Positions 39,472 to 48,781 of a stretch of DNA of 64,000 bases are shown one piece after another. The translations under genes and the position numbers were made by a program. How positions within the stretch are numbered: position 1 is the stretch's first letter; every line of letters begins with the position of its first letter. This DNA is from Girardia tigrina (taxonomy: Eukaryota): assembly GCA_001938485.1 (NCBI GenBank), contig MQRK01218853.1, forward strand, positions 1 to 64,000, in the 5' to 3' direction. The notes under the pieces were generated by a model. The model was not told the origin of the DNA, searched no databases, and saw only the letters and a list, made by a program, of their open reading frames with translations.

Positions 39472-39562
39472 TTTTTATAAAATTAAATCATAAAAGGGTT
39501 TCAGGCCATAAACAATCTAACATTTCCTCAATTATATCATCAAACTTTTGCGTCTTATTAAT

Positions 39563-39946
39563 TCACTGATTCATTTTAAATAAAAAATATAAACTCAATT
39601 GACCACATAATCGTGTTCCAAAAGGTTGTACTTGTACAGAATTATATATACATTTTGGAAAATCTGGTAAAGGCTCTATTCCATACGGATCAAAATAGTA
39701 AGATACTGATTTCTCATTATCAACATTCCCATTAAAATATCCCATCCAATGACTCCCCTTTTCATCCGAATCCTGGTAATTTATTATTGATATTTTTTTC
39801 TGATTTATTTTCGCATCCACTTCATCAGCCATCAAGACTTGTATTTCAATTTTCAATTTTCTTGCCCAATCTTCAAGTTGTCTATTCGTTGAAGTGTCAA
39901 CTCCGAACATTAGCATTATGTCTCCCAAAGTAAAGAATTCTATCAT
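39563..39946 (-). CDS. Adenain-like cysteine maturation protease
   Basis: IINY..GSHWMGY..YFDPYG..QVQPFGTRLCGQLSLYFL: His, Asp, Gln, Cys in order. Confidence 0.9.
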   Translation of the reverse strand: MIEFFTLGDIMLMFGVDTSTNRQLEDWARKLKIEIQVLMADEVDAKINQKKISIINYQDSDEKGSHWMGYFNGNVDNEKSVSYYFDPYGIEPLPDFPKCIYNSVQVQPFGTRLCGQLSLYFLFKMNQ

Positions 39947-40083
39947 TTTTTATAAAAAATTTTTTATAGCAAGATAGAATTCTTTACCCGAAGGGTTACC
40001 AAATTCTATCATTTTTTATAAAAAAATTTTTATAGCAAGATAGAATTCTTTACCCGAAGGGTTACCAAATTCTATCATTTTTA
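39930..40083. repeat. 66-bp tandem repeat with nested hairpins over the protease start
   Basis: Units start 39936, 40002, 40068; gtaaagaattctatc / gatagaattctttac 15-bp stem; accc-gaa-gggt mini-hairpin. Confidence 0.85.
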
Positions 40084-40092
40084 TGAGCATAT

Positions 40093-40947
40093 TCATAATA
40101 TACTCTGTCTTAAACGTAAACAGATATTTATTTTTTCATTTCGGAAATCAATCAACCGCCCTTTATTATCAATAATTCTCACAGTAAAATCATTTATTTG
40201 ATAAATATATACTGGGTAATAAGTTACAAACGCTGGTCTTTCTGAAATTTTATACCCGATTGGAACTGTAAATGCTGGAAACGAATAAATAATATTAGAG
40301 TTCTTTACATTCTCATTTTCTTTATTTCCATCATCAAACGAAATGTATCCTCCATTCGCAATATTGCAATCGATATTACAGATATTTATATCCGTGATTT
40401 GAAAAGTATATTTCGATTCGTAATCTTTCACTGGACCTTTTATATTAACCTTATATAAATTCTCTTCATCATCATCTTGCCAAATTGCAAAATTATTATT
40501 TGTATCAAATCCATGCATTGAGTATAGAAATGATCTATGATTGAATTCTAATGAATATTTATCGGGTATATTAATTGTTGATTTTGCAGTTTTTTCATCG
40601 GTTTTCACTTGAACAATTTGTTGTGATAAATCTTCAATTTCTTTATTGATTTCCTTAAATCCTTTCGCCCCTGGTTTCAATTTTAAATCCGTATATACAT
40701 ATCCTTTTTCCTTTTCCACATTTTCGAATTTTTTATCAGCTGGAAATTCTTTTCCTTTATAGAGTAATGTAATTTCATTATTCCTTTCTGTGATATTTGA
40801 AACCAGATTATAAGTCGAGAACCAGACTAATCCGATTTCGTATTTATGTTTTGGATCCAGATTCAACTGAACAGGTAACTGAACCTTGATCTCTGATTTC
40901 GCAGCAGAAATTGTAAACGTTGTAGAAAATCCACTTGATTCACCCAT
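40093..40947 (-). CDS. Minor capsid protein (penton, single jelly-roll)
   Basis: LPVQLNL..YEIGLVWFSTYN; INICNIDCNI; IIYSFP..GYKISERP..YYPV..VRIIDNKGRLIDFRNE; typical Polinton position. Confidence 0.82.
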   Translation of the reverse strand: MGESSGFSTTFTISAAKSEIKVQLPVQLNLDPKHKYEIGLVWFSTYNLVSNITERNNEITLLYKGKEFPADKKFENVEKEKGYVYTDLKLKPGAKGFKEINKEIEDLSQQIVQVKTDEKTAKSTINIPDKYSLEFNHRSFLYSMHGFDTNNNFAIWQDDDEENLYKVNIKGPVKDYESKYTFQITDINICNIDCNIANGGYISFDDGNKENENVKNSNIIYSFPAFTVPIGYKISERPAFVTYYPVYIYQINDFTVRIIDNKGRLIDFRNEKINICLRLRQSIL

Positions 40948-42178
40948 TTTTATCAAATATTTTTTTCAATAATTCCTCCTGTTTTTCTTTTGTTAATAAT
41001 TTTTTCCGTCTTAATTTCTTCATAATATCAATAATATTATCATCCACTCCATCATGACCAGCCTTCTTTGCAGCGATATATTTATACAAATACGAAAACA
41101 TTGAAATCGGATCTTTAGGTATTCCTTGTCCTTCAGGTGGTGGCGGTATTGCTTTTCTTTCTGGAGCTGGTGATTGAAGAGTATCGTAAAATTTTTCTTT
41201 TGGTTTTCCTTTTTGTGATCGTAACCGTGGTAATGATGATGTTCTTTCCTTTTTCAGGGGTCCTACTGGTTGTGCAAATTCTCCTACATTTCCTTCAGCT
41301 TTATTTAAAGCATCAAAACAAAGTTTAGTATAATAATAATCTCTTTCTCGAGCGTTTATTCCATTATTTAGTAGAAATGATAAATATTTATCAAATGATG
41401 TATGTTTTTCTTCCAGAGTATATTTCTTTTCATAAATAATATCATAATTCCCAATTAGAAAATTATTGAAAATCTCATCAAGCTCTACCCGAACCCGATT
41501 ATCATTTCTCACGAAATAATATTTTCCGCCCTCATTCACGAGAATATATGTATGTTTATTGAATGTCATAAATTGTTTTCCCTCGATATTCTTTCCAAAC
41601 GTTGGACGCAACATCGAAGTTGGAGTTCCGAAATTTTCATAATATTTTGTCTCAAAGAATATTTCCAAAAAGGGAGCAGCTTGTGGTAATTGAGGTTCGA
41701 ATTTCGTTCCCAATTTCTGTGCCAACTCTCCCAATAATTTTTTTGTTATCTCATGATGACTGGTGATAAATTCCTTATCTTGAGGATATTTCTCACTCAT
41801 TTCCTGCATTATCGGAGCTAATTCCTGTTGGATTAATAAATATTCCTGCTGGTATTGATCAAAAAAAGATTTGGATTTCACATTGTCATAATTCTTTATA
41901 TCCACCTCAATAAAACGTTTGAGATCGTTTTCCAATTTAACGACTTTGGTTTTTAGTGCAGAGATTCTGTCTGTGATGGGACCTTGTAATCCAGTCATTA
42001 AAGGTTGGAACATTTTCGACATTGACGATTGAAAATCGGATATACCGCTTTTATATTCCAATTCTTGGCGATTGTATTCATGGATTGCTAGTGAGGATTG
42101 AGCCAAACTTTTTCGTAAATAATCAAAATATTTTTGGTGTTCATTCAAATTTTCTCGTTCATTTAATTGTATAGTCAT
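40940..42178 (-). CDS. Polinton conserved protein of unknown function
   Basis: Intact 412-aa ORF; MFQPL near N-terminus and C-terminal AAKKAGH..NIIDIMKKL, reminiscent of a conserved Polinton ORF. Confidence 0.7.
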   Translation of the reverse strand: MTIQLNERENLNEHQKYFDYLRKSLAQSSLAIHEYNRQELEYKSGISDFQSSMSKMFQPLMTGLQGPITDRISALKTKVVKLENDLKRFIEVDIKNYDNVKSKSFFDQYQQEYLLIQQELAPIMQEMSEKYPQDKEFITSHHEITKKLLGELAQKLGTKFEPQLPQAAPFLEIFFETKYYENFGTPTSMLRPTFGKNIEGKQFMTFNKHTYILVNEGGKYYFVRNDNRVRVELDEIFNNFLIGNYDIIYEKKYTLEEKHTSFDKYLSFLLNNGINARERDYYYTKLCFDALNKAEGNVGEFAQPVGPLKKERTSSLPRLRSQKGKPKEKFYDTLQSPAPERKAIPPPPEGQGIPKDPISMFSYLYKYIAAKKAGHDGVDDNIIDIMKKLRRKKLLTKEKQEELLKKIFDKNG

Positions 42179-42193
42179 TTTTTAAACAAAGAT

Positions 42194-42922
42194 TTAAATC
42201 TGATTCTGATTATTCGGATCCCAAGGTTCCAAGTATAATCCCTTTCCCGTGAAATGACATTTCAATTTCCCACCCAATTTTTTATTTTTATTCAATAGAG
42301 CCTTTTTCGATTTTGAATCTTTATCTGATTGATTTATTTGTTCACGAAAAAATTTTTGAATTCCTTTACCAGTATAATCATCCAAGTACAACCCTTCTCC
42401 TTTACTATTTTCTTTAAAAACATCTATTGTTACATCAATCATTTTTTTCAAATGTGGATCTAATTTTGATTCAAATTCTGATATTTTAGTAATAATTGGT
42501 AAAATTCCTCCTTTTTTTCCTTTTCGTAATCCCGATCCTGTTGGTGTTGTAGTTGGTGTATTCAATTTATCAAGTTCCTTTTGTTTTATTTGTTTTTCAA
42601 TTTCTGCTTTCTCGGTTTCAACCTTATTCTTTTGTGCTTCACGAGCATTTGCAACAGTTTTTGCAACTCCAGTTGCTACTCCTGCAGCTGCTCCTCCTAC
42701 TGTGAAAAGAGTAGTTAAACCAGCAATTATAGCGGGGATAAGTGGTAAAATTCCTCCACTGTGATAATATCCACCAATCTCCCCTCCATTCTTTTCTAAA
42801 TCTTTAATCTTTTTCAACATTTCCCGATTTAAATACACTTCCTTTCCATTCACTCGAATCAAACCGGGAGTTTGTGTATCTATTAATTTTCGTATTTTTA
42901 ACGCATCTGTTTTTGGAGCCAT
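42194..42922 (-). CDS. Basic core-like protein with GG-ILP repeats and amphipathic segment
   Basis: HSGGILPLIPAIIAGL..GGAAAGVA; KKGGILPII; GEGLYL / GKGLYL repeats. Confidence 0.72.
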   Translation of the reverse strand: MAPKTDALKIRKLIDTQTPGLIRVNGKEVYLNREMLKKIKDLEKNGGEIGGYYHSGGILPLIPAIIAGLTTLFTVGGAAAGVATGVAKTVANAREAQKNKVETEKAEIEKQIKQKELDKLNTPTTTPTGSGLRKGKKGGILPIITKISEFESKLDPHLKKMIDVTIDVFKENSKGEGLYLDDYTGKGIQKFFREQINQSDKDSKSKKALLNKNKKLGGKLKCHFTGKGLYLEPWDPNNQNQI

Positions 42923-43034
42923 TTTTTAATAATTTTTGTTCTCGCTGAGAAAAAAATTATTAACCTTCGGAGATCCAATATTTTATTTTTCACAAAATTA
43001 AAATATTTATCAAACCTTCGGTAATAAATATTAT

Positions 43035-44449
43035 TTATTTCTTATCCACGGTTCCTTTGAATGGTTCGATTATCGTGATTTGGGATCCGCGTAGAGACAT
43101 TTTTATTTTTGCTTCTTCCAAAATTACGCAATACATTTTCGGTTGAAAAGTTTCAGATTTCCGAATGAGAAGTGTAACGGTAACGTTGTTAACATCNNNN
43201 NNNNNNNNNNNNNNNNNNNNNNNNNNNNNNNNNNNNNNNNNNNNNNNNNNNNNNNNNNNNNNNNNNNNNNNNNNNNNNNNNNNNNNNNNNNNNNNNNNNN
43301 NNNNNNNNNNNNNNNNNNNNNNNNNNNNNNNNNNNNNNNNNNNNNTTTCATTCACCATTGGCTGAATAGGGTAATAGGTATTGTTCAATTTCAGCTGAAT
43401 CGAGAATTCTTCAGTATCCATATGAAAACGGGAATTATTCCAGTTGTAATTTGAATCTTGTAATTTTATTCCCACGAAAATATATCTTGGTAAATAATTT
43501 AGATATGCAACATTCCAGGAGAAAACTTTCTCGGTTTCCAAAGAATACTCTACGGATATGCGTTTGAGGAAATCCACATAAATCGGTATGTCTTTAACAT
43601 TTAATCGCTCTACCAATCGAGCATAATAATCGATATTCAATTCCAATTGATTCATATGCAGTTCCAGGGAATTTATCGTTAATTTTCCTTTGTTTCCTTT
43701 TTCTGAATAAAAATACTTTTATCATCAAGTTTTCGCACCATTGTGAATTCTAGAAGAATATTGTAAATAACTCGGTTATAATTTTGCAGAAATCCAAAGA
43801 GATGTTTCAGTGAGAAAGCACCTCTAAATCTATTTTTCTTAAACTGATCTTTACGAATTTCAAATCCAATATTTTGGTATCGTAGACCCGCTGGAACTTC
43901 TTTGGTATTGTTAGTACCTCCGCTCGATCCGGGAGTATCCTCTTCATCATCAATTTTTTTACTTGTAGATGGCGTTGATACCGCAGCTATTTTCTCTCCA
44001 TACATCATTTCATAATGATCTGGAATAAAATCAGTTATTTCTCCGCAAGGTAAATAGTTTCGGTCTTTAGACACATATAATAACATATCCGATACAACTC
44101 CAGGATTATTTATCGATTCAACGACATAGTTACCTAATTTCAAAGACATGCATGAAAATAATTTAGGGAAGAAGTTGGTCTCCAAAACACAATCACTGTC
44201 TTTAATTTCAATATCATAAACCAGTTTAGCATTACAAATATCTATTGGATCAGTGGTTTGCGATAATTGGTAAACCAGAGTTCCGTTCTGATTCATGTAT
44301 GCAGCCGATCCAGATGTTGGAGCTAGTTTTATTACATCGGATTTTTTCAAAACATGAGTAAATTCCTTATTATTATCAAGATCTAAAATTCCCAAGGGAA
44401 TCATCCCTGTGGTTAATTGATTTATTGGTTTTTCAAAGCTTGTTTCCAT
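43035..44449 (-). pseudogene. Major capsid protein (double jelly-roll), split by one frameshift
   Basis: NFFPKLFS..LKLGNYVVESINNPG; SLKHLFGFLQNYNRVIYN..LEFTMVR; LPRYIFVG..QLKLNNTYYP. One added T near 43710 joins the ORFs (IFYSEKGNKGKLTINSLELHMNQ). Confidence 0.85.
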
Positions 44450-44504
44450 TTTTTACATATAGAATTATTTTGTACTTAACAGGTGAGTTTGAAGAACTCC
44501 TTGC

Positions 44505-45400
44505 TCACTTTTCAATTTGAGTCTTTTGTAAATCCGCTTCATAGAACCGACCGAATAGTTCCTTATTATTTTTTTCAGGATTTATCAATTTATAAGTCAC
44601 TGGATATTCATGATCCAAAACTTGAGAGATTTCATAAATTTCCCTGGTCCACTTCGGTTCATAACCTTTTCTAAAAGTCTGTAATTTCCGTTCCCGATTT
44701 TTATTTTGACTACCTTCAGGTTTATCTCCGCTGAATAATTTTGTTTCGAATACTCGAACTCGATCTCCGACTTTGAATTTTGGTTTCACTTTTTTCTTGG
44801 GTAATTTTTGTGGTTTTGGTTCTGGAATAGCATCATTAAACATTACATCGTGTGGAATTTGCCGGATAGAGCTATGAATTCTATTATTATAATCAGATAA
44901 TATTTCTTGCATTTCCGACTCAGTGATAACTTTCTCTCCTTTCTCGGTAAATAGTTTATAGATTTCAGATTTTAATGTTCTATTAAATCTTTCAATAAAA
45001 ACAGGTTTTTCCTTTACGAAATACATTTTAATATTATTCGCTTTTAGGAATTTTTTATCAAATTCTTTGTTTGTGAATTCAGCTCCCTGGTCGACCCATA
45101 AATATTTCGGAATTGGTAATTCAGTATTTCCTAATTCCGTTAAAATTGAGATGAAAGCTTGGATTATCGATTCAGATTTTTTATTGGGTAAAAACCGAAA
45201 GAAACCATAACGGGAATAAATATCTATAACTGTTAAAATATAATATTTCCAAATTTTTCTGGTTTGTCCCGCTTTAGTGATTGTTGTCGCAACGACACCA
45301 TTTTCAGTATCTTCTTTAGCGTCAACAGTTATCAAGTCGGCTGACCAAATCCGATTCAGTGATTTAATATTTATTCGGAGAAAGTCTTTATTTTTTTATG
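44505..45400 (-). CDS. Retroviral-like (rve) integrase
   Basis: IWSADL (upstream of listed ORF), YILTVIDIYSRY, LWVDQGAEF, IERFNRTLK, YNNRIHSSI, KFKVGDRVR..KGYEPKWT..GRFYEADL. Confidence 0.93.
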
Positions 45401-45925
45401 TTCTTTATGTAATTCTTTACTTAATTGCTTTCTCGAAGAGGAAGAATTAAGTAAATCTCGATTCTCTCGATCTTTAGCTAATTGTTTATTCGAATTTTCC
45501 AATTCACCACCAAAAGTTATTTTACCTTTCATAATTGTTTTTATGAGAAATCTTTCGAATTTTTGGCGTAAAGTCAGATCTTGAAGTTGATTGATATCGT
45601 GAATTAAATTTATATCAGCTAAATGCCGATCTCGTAAATCTTCAGATCTGTAAGCGATATCATGTTTGTAACATGCCTGATCCAATCCGTCTACTGGTTT
45701 ATTATCTTCACCGATTGGTTGATCTTGACCGTCTAATCGAATATCCAACCGAGTCAATGGCCCGCAATAATTTTTACCTGGTAAATGCAGTTCACCGTAT
45801 TTTGTTTTCATAAATCCAGGAATATATTTCGCAAAATTTCCCATGGATTGTTGAACGTCGCCTCCTTTGGATACGCGCTTCGCACTATCAAAGTCGTCTC
45901 CACCTTCTTTTTTAATAATCATCAC
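45371..45925 (-). CDS. Parvovirus-VP1-like phospholipase A2 domain protein, apparently the N-terminal part of the integrase ORF
   Basis: ELHLPGKNYCGPLT (Ca loop), LDQACYKHDIAY (HD), RHLAD; ends with LSKELHK just before an A7 frameshift into the integrase frame. Confidence 0.85.
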   Translation of the reverse strand: MMIIKKEGGDDFDSAKRVSKGGDVQQSMGNFAKYIPGFMKTKYGELHLPGKNYCGPLTRLDIRLDGQDQPIGEDNKPVDGLDQACYKHDIAYRSEDLRDRHLADINLIHDINQLQDLTLRQKFERFLIKTIMKGKITFGGELENSNKQLAKDRENRDLLNSSSSRKQLSKELHKEHKKIKTFSE

Positions 45926-46097
45926 TTTTGGAAGTAATTTATTTTTTTCAAAATCAAATGTACTTCTTAATAAAAAATTTCCAATACTACCAAGCTATTT
46001 TTCTATAGACATGATATTAAAGGTATACTGTTAGATAAGGAAAGAATAATATTATTTATTTGAAAAGGAAAATCTAAGTTTTTTATTTTTATTTTTA

Positions 46098-46997
46098 TTA
46101 TTCACTTTCAAGATCCGAGCCAATATAAGGATTTTCAATTGATATTTCTTCTTCTGTAAATAAATTTTTATAAATTTTTTTTTCAGATCGATCGAAATAA
46201 ATATAATTATATTTTTTCCGCTGCCAGTGGTGAATAATTTCCCGCTGATATTCGTTGATATTTTCACTATTGGGTAAGAGATCAGAGAAGATATAAGATT
46301 TATCCCGTTTACCTAATTCGAAAAAAATGAATCCAGTGGAATTATTCCGGATAGAATGCTTATCCAATCCGTAGAAAGTTTGGGAAATGTATATCGTATT
46401 ACAATTATTATGGCGTCCTCTGGTGAAATACGATTTCATTATTTTCTGATCTGACAGATTCACCACGTCATCAAAAATAATGAGATTTTTTGCATCTTTT
46501 GGTAGTGAGTCGCAAGCGACGATTTGATTGGGATCCGAGGAAAATAGGACTGATATCGCTTTATCAGGATCTCTAATCAAGTATTTTGATTTATCAATAT
46601 TATTAATATTATTAATAAATCTTTTATACGCATAAACGAGATATTCCGGAGGAGGAACATAATCTTTATCAGAATTATTTCCTAATTCTTTTTTTATCAT
46701 TTCCAGTAACATTTTCTGTTTATCGAAAACATCACGAATTCCCATTTTTGTTAAAGATGATCCATCCTCAAAACGGAATCCACTTGAAATAACTTTCAAT
46801 TCCGGTTGATCAATAGTTGTGGAATAAAATATTAGATTGTTGAAATCGAGAAATCCATCTTCTAGTAACATTTTAGTTAATAAAACATTTTTACCACATC
46901 CCGATTCACCAACTATTAGTAATCTAAAGTTCTTTTGGAATAATTTATTCTTGAATTTCGACTCGTACATTGTTAAAATATTCAGTTTTTCCTTCAT
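46098..46997 (-). CDS. A32/FtsK-like DNA packaging ATPase
   Basis: LLIVGESGCGKN (Walker A), LIIFDDV (Walker B), FTRGRHNNCNTIYISQ, IRNN; ATG at 46997. Confidence 0.92.
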   Translation of the reverse strand: MKEKLNILTMYESKFKNKLFQKNFRLLIVGESGCGKNVLLTKMLLEDGFLDFNNLIFYSTTIDQPELKVISSGFRFEDGSSLTKMGIRDVFDKQKMLLEMIKKELGNNSDKDYVPPPEYLVYAYKRFINNINNIDKSKYLIRDPDKAISVLFSSDPNQIVACDSLPKDAKNLIIFDDVVNLSDQKIMKSYFTRGRHNNCNTIYISQTFYGLDKHSIRNNSTGFIFFELGKRDKSYIFSDLLPNSENINEYQREIIHHWQRKKYNYIYFDRSEKKIYKNLFTEEEISIENPYIGSDLESE

Positions 46998-47111
46998 TTT
47001 TAAGTTGGAAAAGTATTTTTCCAAGCTTAAAAATACGGAGGCGAAGCCGACCCCTTCATTTTTAATTTTTTGGAGAAAAAATTTTGAAAATTCAAATTAT
47101 TTTAAAAGAAA

Positions 47112-47615
47112 ATGAGTGAAACAAAGAAAAATATTTTGGTGGAAATGTGTTTAGAATGTGATTTTTACAAATCACTATTAGAAAATAAGGATTTTCTTTA
47201 TAAGAAGGAAAAAGAAATTTTTATAAAAGAAAAAGAATTTTATAAAAATAAAGCGGAAGAATATAAATTATTAGCATTTCAATCTCAAACGATGCTAAAG
47301 AATAAAAACGAATCATCTGATTTTAATAGTAATAAAATTCAACAATTGGAAAATACTATAAAACTTCTAAAAGAAGAAAATTATAATCTTAATGCAAGAT
47401 TAATACAAAAAGATGAAATTAATAATGAGGGGACATTTTTGAAGGATCTTAAAGAACATAATTTAGAAGAAAAAATTAGTTCTTGGAAAATTGATGATGA
47501 GAAATCTTCTTCTATTAATGAATCTGCAATTAGTGAATCAATAACATCATCGAAAAGAACTGGAAACTGGAAAGGAAGAACACCAGGAAGTAAAAATAAA
47601 AAAACTAAAATTTAG
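47112..47615 (+). CDS. Coiled-coil protein with C-terminal AT-hook-like motif
   Basis: Intact ORF with AAAGAAAATG start; KGRTPGSKNKK. Confidence 0.65.
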   Translation: MSETKKNILVEMCLECDFYKSLLENKDFLYKKEKEIFIKEKEFYKNKAEEYKLLAFQSQTMLKNKNESSDFNSNKIQQLENTIKLLKEENYNLNARLIQKDEINNEGTFLKDLKEHNLEEKISSWKIDDEKSSSINESAISESITSSKRTGNWKGRTPGSKNKKTKI

Positions 47616-47765
47616 AATTTAGAATTTAGAATTTAGAATTTAGAATTTGGATTTGGAAATTTAGAATTTAGAATTTAGAATTTAGAATTTAGAATTTGGA
47701 TTTGGATTTGGATTTGGATTTGGATTTGGATTTGGATTTGGGATTTGGATTTGGATTTGGGATTT
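47611..47765 (+). repeat. (TTTAGAA)n / (TTTGGA)n tandem array
   Basis: (TTTAGAA)5, (TTTGGA)2, (TTTAGAA)5, then about 11 TTTGGA-type units. Confidence 0.95.
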
Positions 47766-47801
47766 TGAGAATTTATAAATTCTAATATATTTTTAAAGAA
47801 A

Positions 47802-48119
47802 ATGACTAGTAAAAATTTTGGAAATGTTTATGAAATTAAAGAATATAAAGATAAAAATGGGGTTGAAAAATATAAATATATACCAATAACAAAAGAAAAG
47901 CTAATAGAAGAAAAGCTAATAAAAATACAAACATATAAAAATGCTATAATAAATTTAAATTATTTTATACATAAAAATGAAAAAAAATATCCTGATTGGT
48001 GGCTTATTAAAAAGAAAAAAAAAGATAGAAAAATGTTATTTAAAAATATTATTGAGCTTGAAAGTGAAGCTTATGAAATAAGCATATGTGATGATGAAAA
48101 TCTTGAAGATTTTATTTAA
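47802..48119 (+). CDS. Polinton hypothetical protein
   Basis: Intact ORF with the same TTTAAAGAAAATG start context as pPolB. Confidence 0.55.
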   Translation: MTSKNFGNVYEIKEYKDKNGVEKYKYIPITKEKLIEEKLIKIQTYKNAIINLNYFIHKNEKKYPDWWLIKKKKKDRKMLFKNIIELESEAYEISICDDENLEDFI

Positions 48120-48283
48120 AATAATAATTTTAATTTTTTTTCCATTCGAATATTAAAATTAGTATATCACTATCGTTTAGATAGGGATTTATTGCGAATG
48201 GATAGTGTAAAAGTACCGCGTTTTTTCAGGTATTTTACACTATATTTTATTAAAAAGTAAAGTTTTCTTAAGTTTTCCGCGGT

Positions 48284-48733
48284 TTAACTTATTTTTTCAT
48301 TATCCTCTTCATTTGTTAAATATTTATTTGCTGAAGACGTGAACGTAAGTTCCAAAACAGATGTAAAATATTTTTTATATTTTTCTTCGAAAGGATCACG
48401 ATTTTTATTCAATTCATATTTTCTATATTTTTCATCCAATACGCGGCATTGATTTTCATATTCAGTTTGTAATTTAACATTTCCTGCTTCTCCCAATTTG
48501 GATGTTGCGACGGCTAATTTTTCTTCCGTTATATTCAATTTTTCTCTCGTGTGGAGAAAATCAATTGTTATTTTCTTATTGGTTTCACCAACTATTTCCA
48601 GTGCAGAATTTAAAATTTCTATTTCACGAATATTTTTTTGACCAATATCCGAACGATCTTGAAGAGGTAATTTCATAAAATTTATTTCTTTTTCTCTGGC
48701 TAAATTCCTAGCCACGCGATCCTTCCTAGCCAT
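48284..48733 (-). CDS. Polinton hypothetical coiled-coil protein
   Basis: Intact 149-aa ORF with TAAATG start. Confidence 0.55.
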   Translation of the reverse strand: MARKDRVARNLAREKEINFMKLPLQDRSDIGQKNIREIEILNSALEIVGETNKKITIDFLHTREKLNITEEKLAVATSKLGEAGNVKLQTEYENQCRVLDEKYRKYELNKNRDPFEEKYKKYFTSVLELTFTSSANKYLTNEEDNEKIS

Positions 48734-48781
48734 TTATAAAATCGTTTTTTTATGTTCAAGTTCCATTTTTATTACTATATT

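Noticed and set aside
39930-40083. CRISPR-like repeat array
   Set aside because: Contiguous tandem units with no unique spacers; eukaryotic context; no cas genes.
45385-45400. Programmed -1 frameshift between PLA2 and integrase
   Set aside because: No X-XXY-YYZ heptamer in frame, and similar homopolymer indels occur throughout the element.
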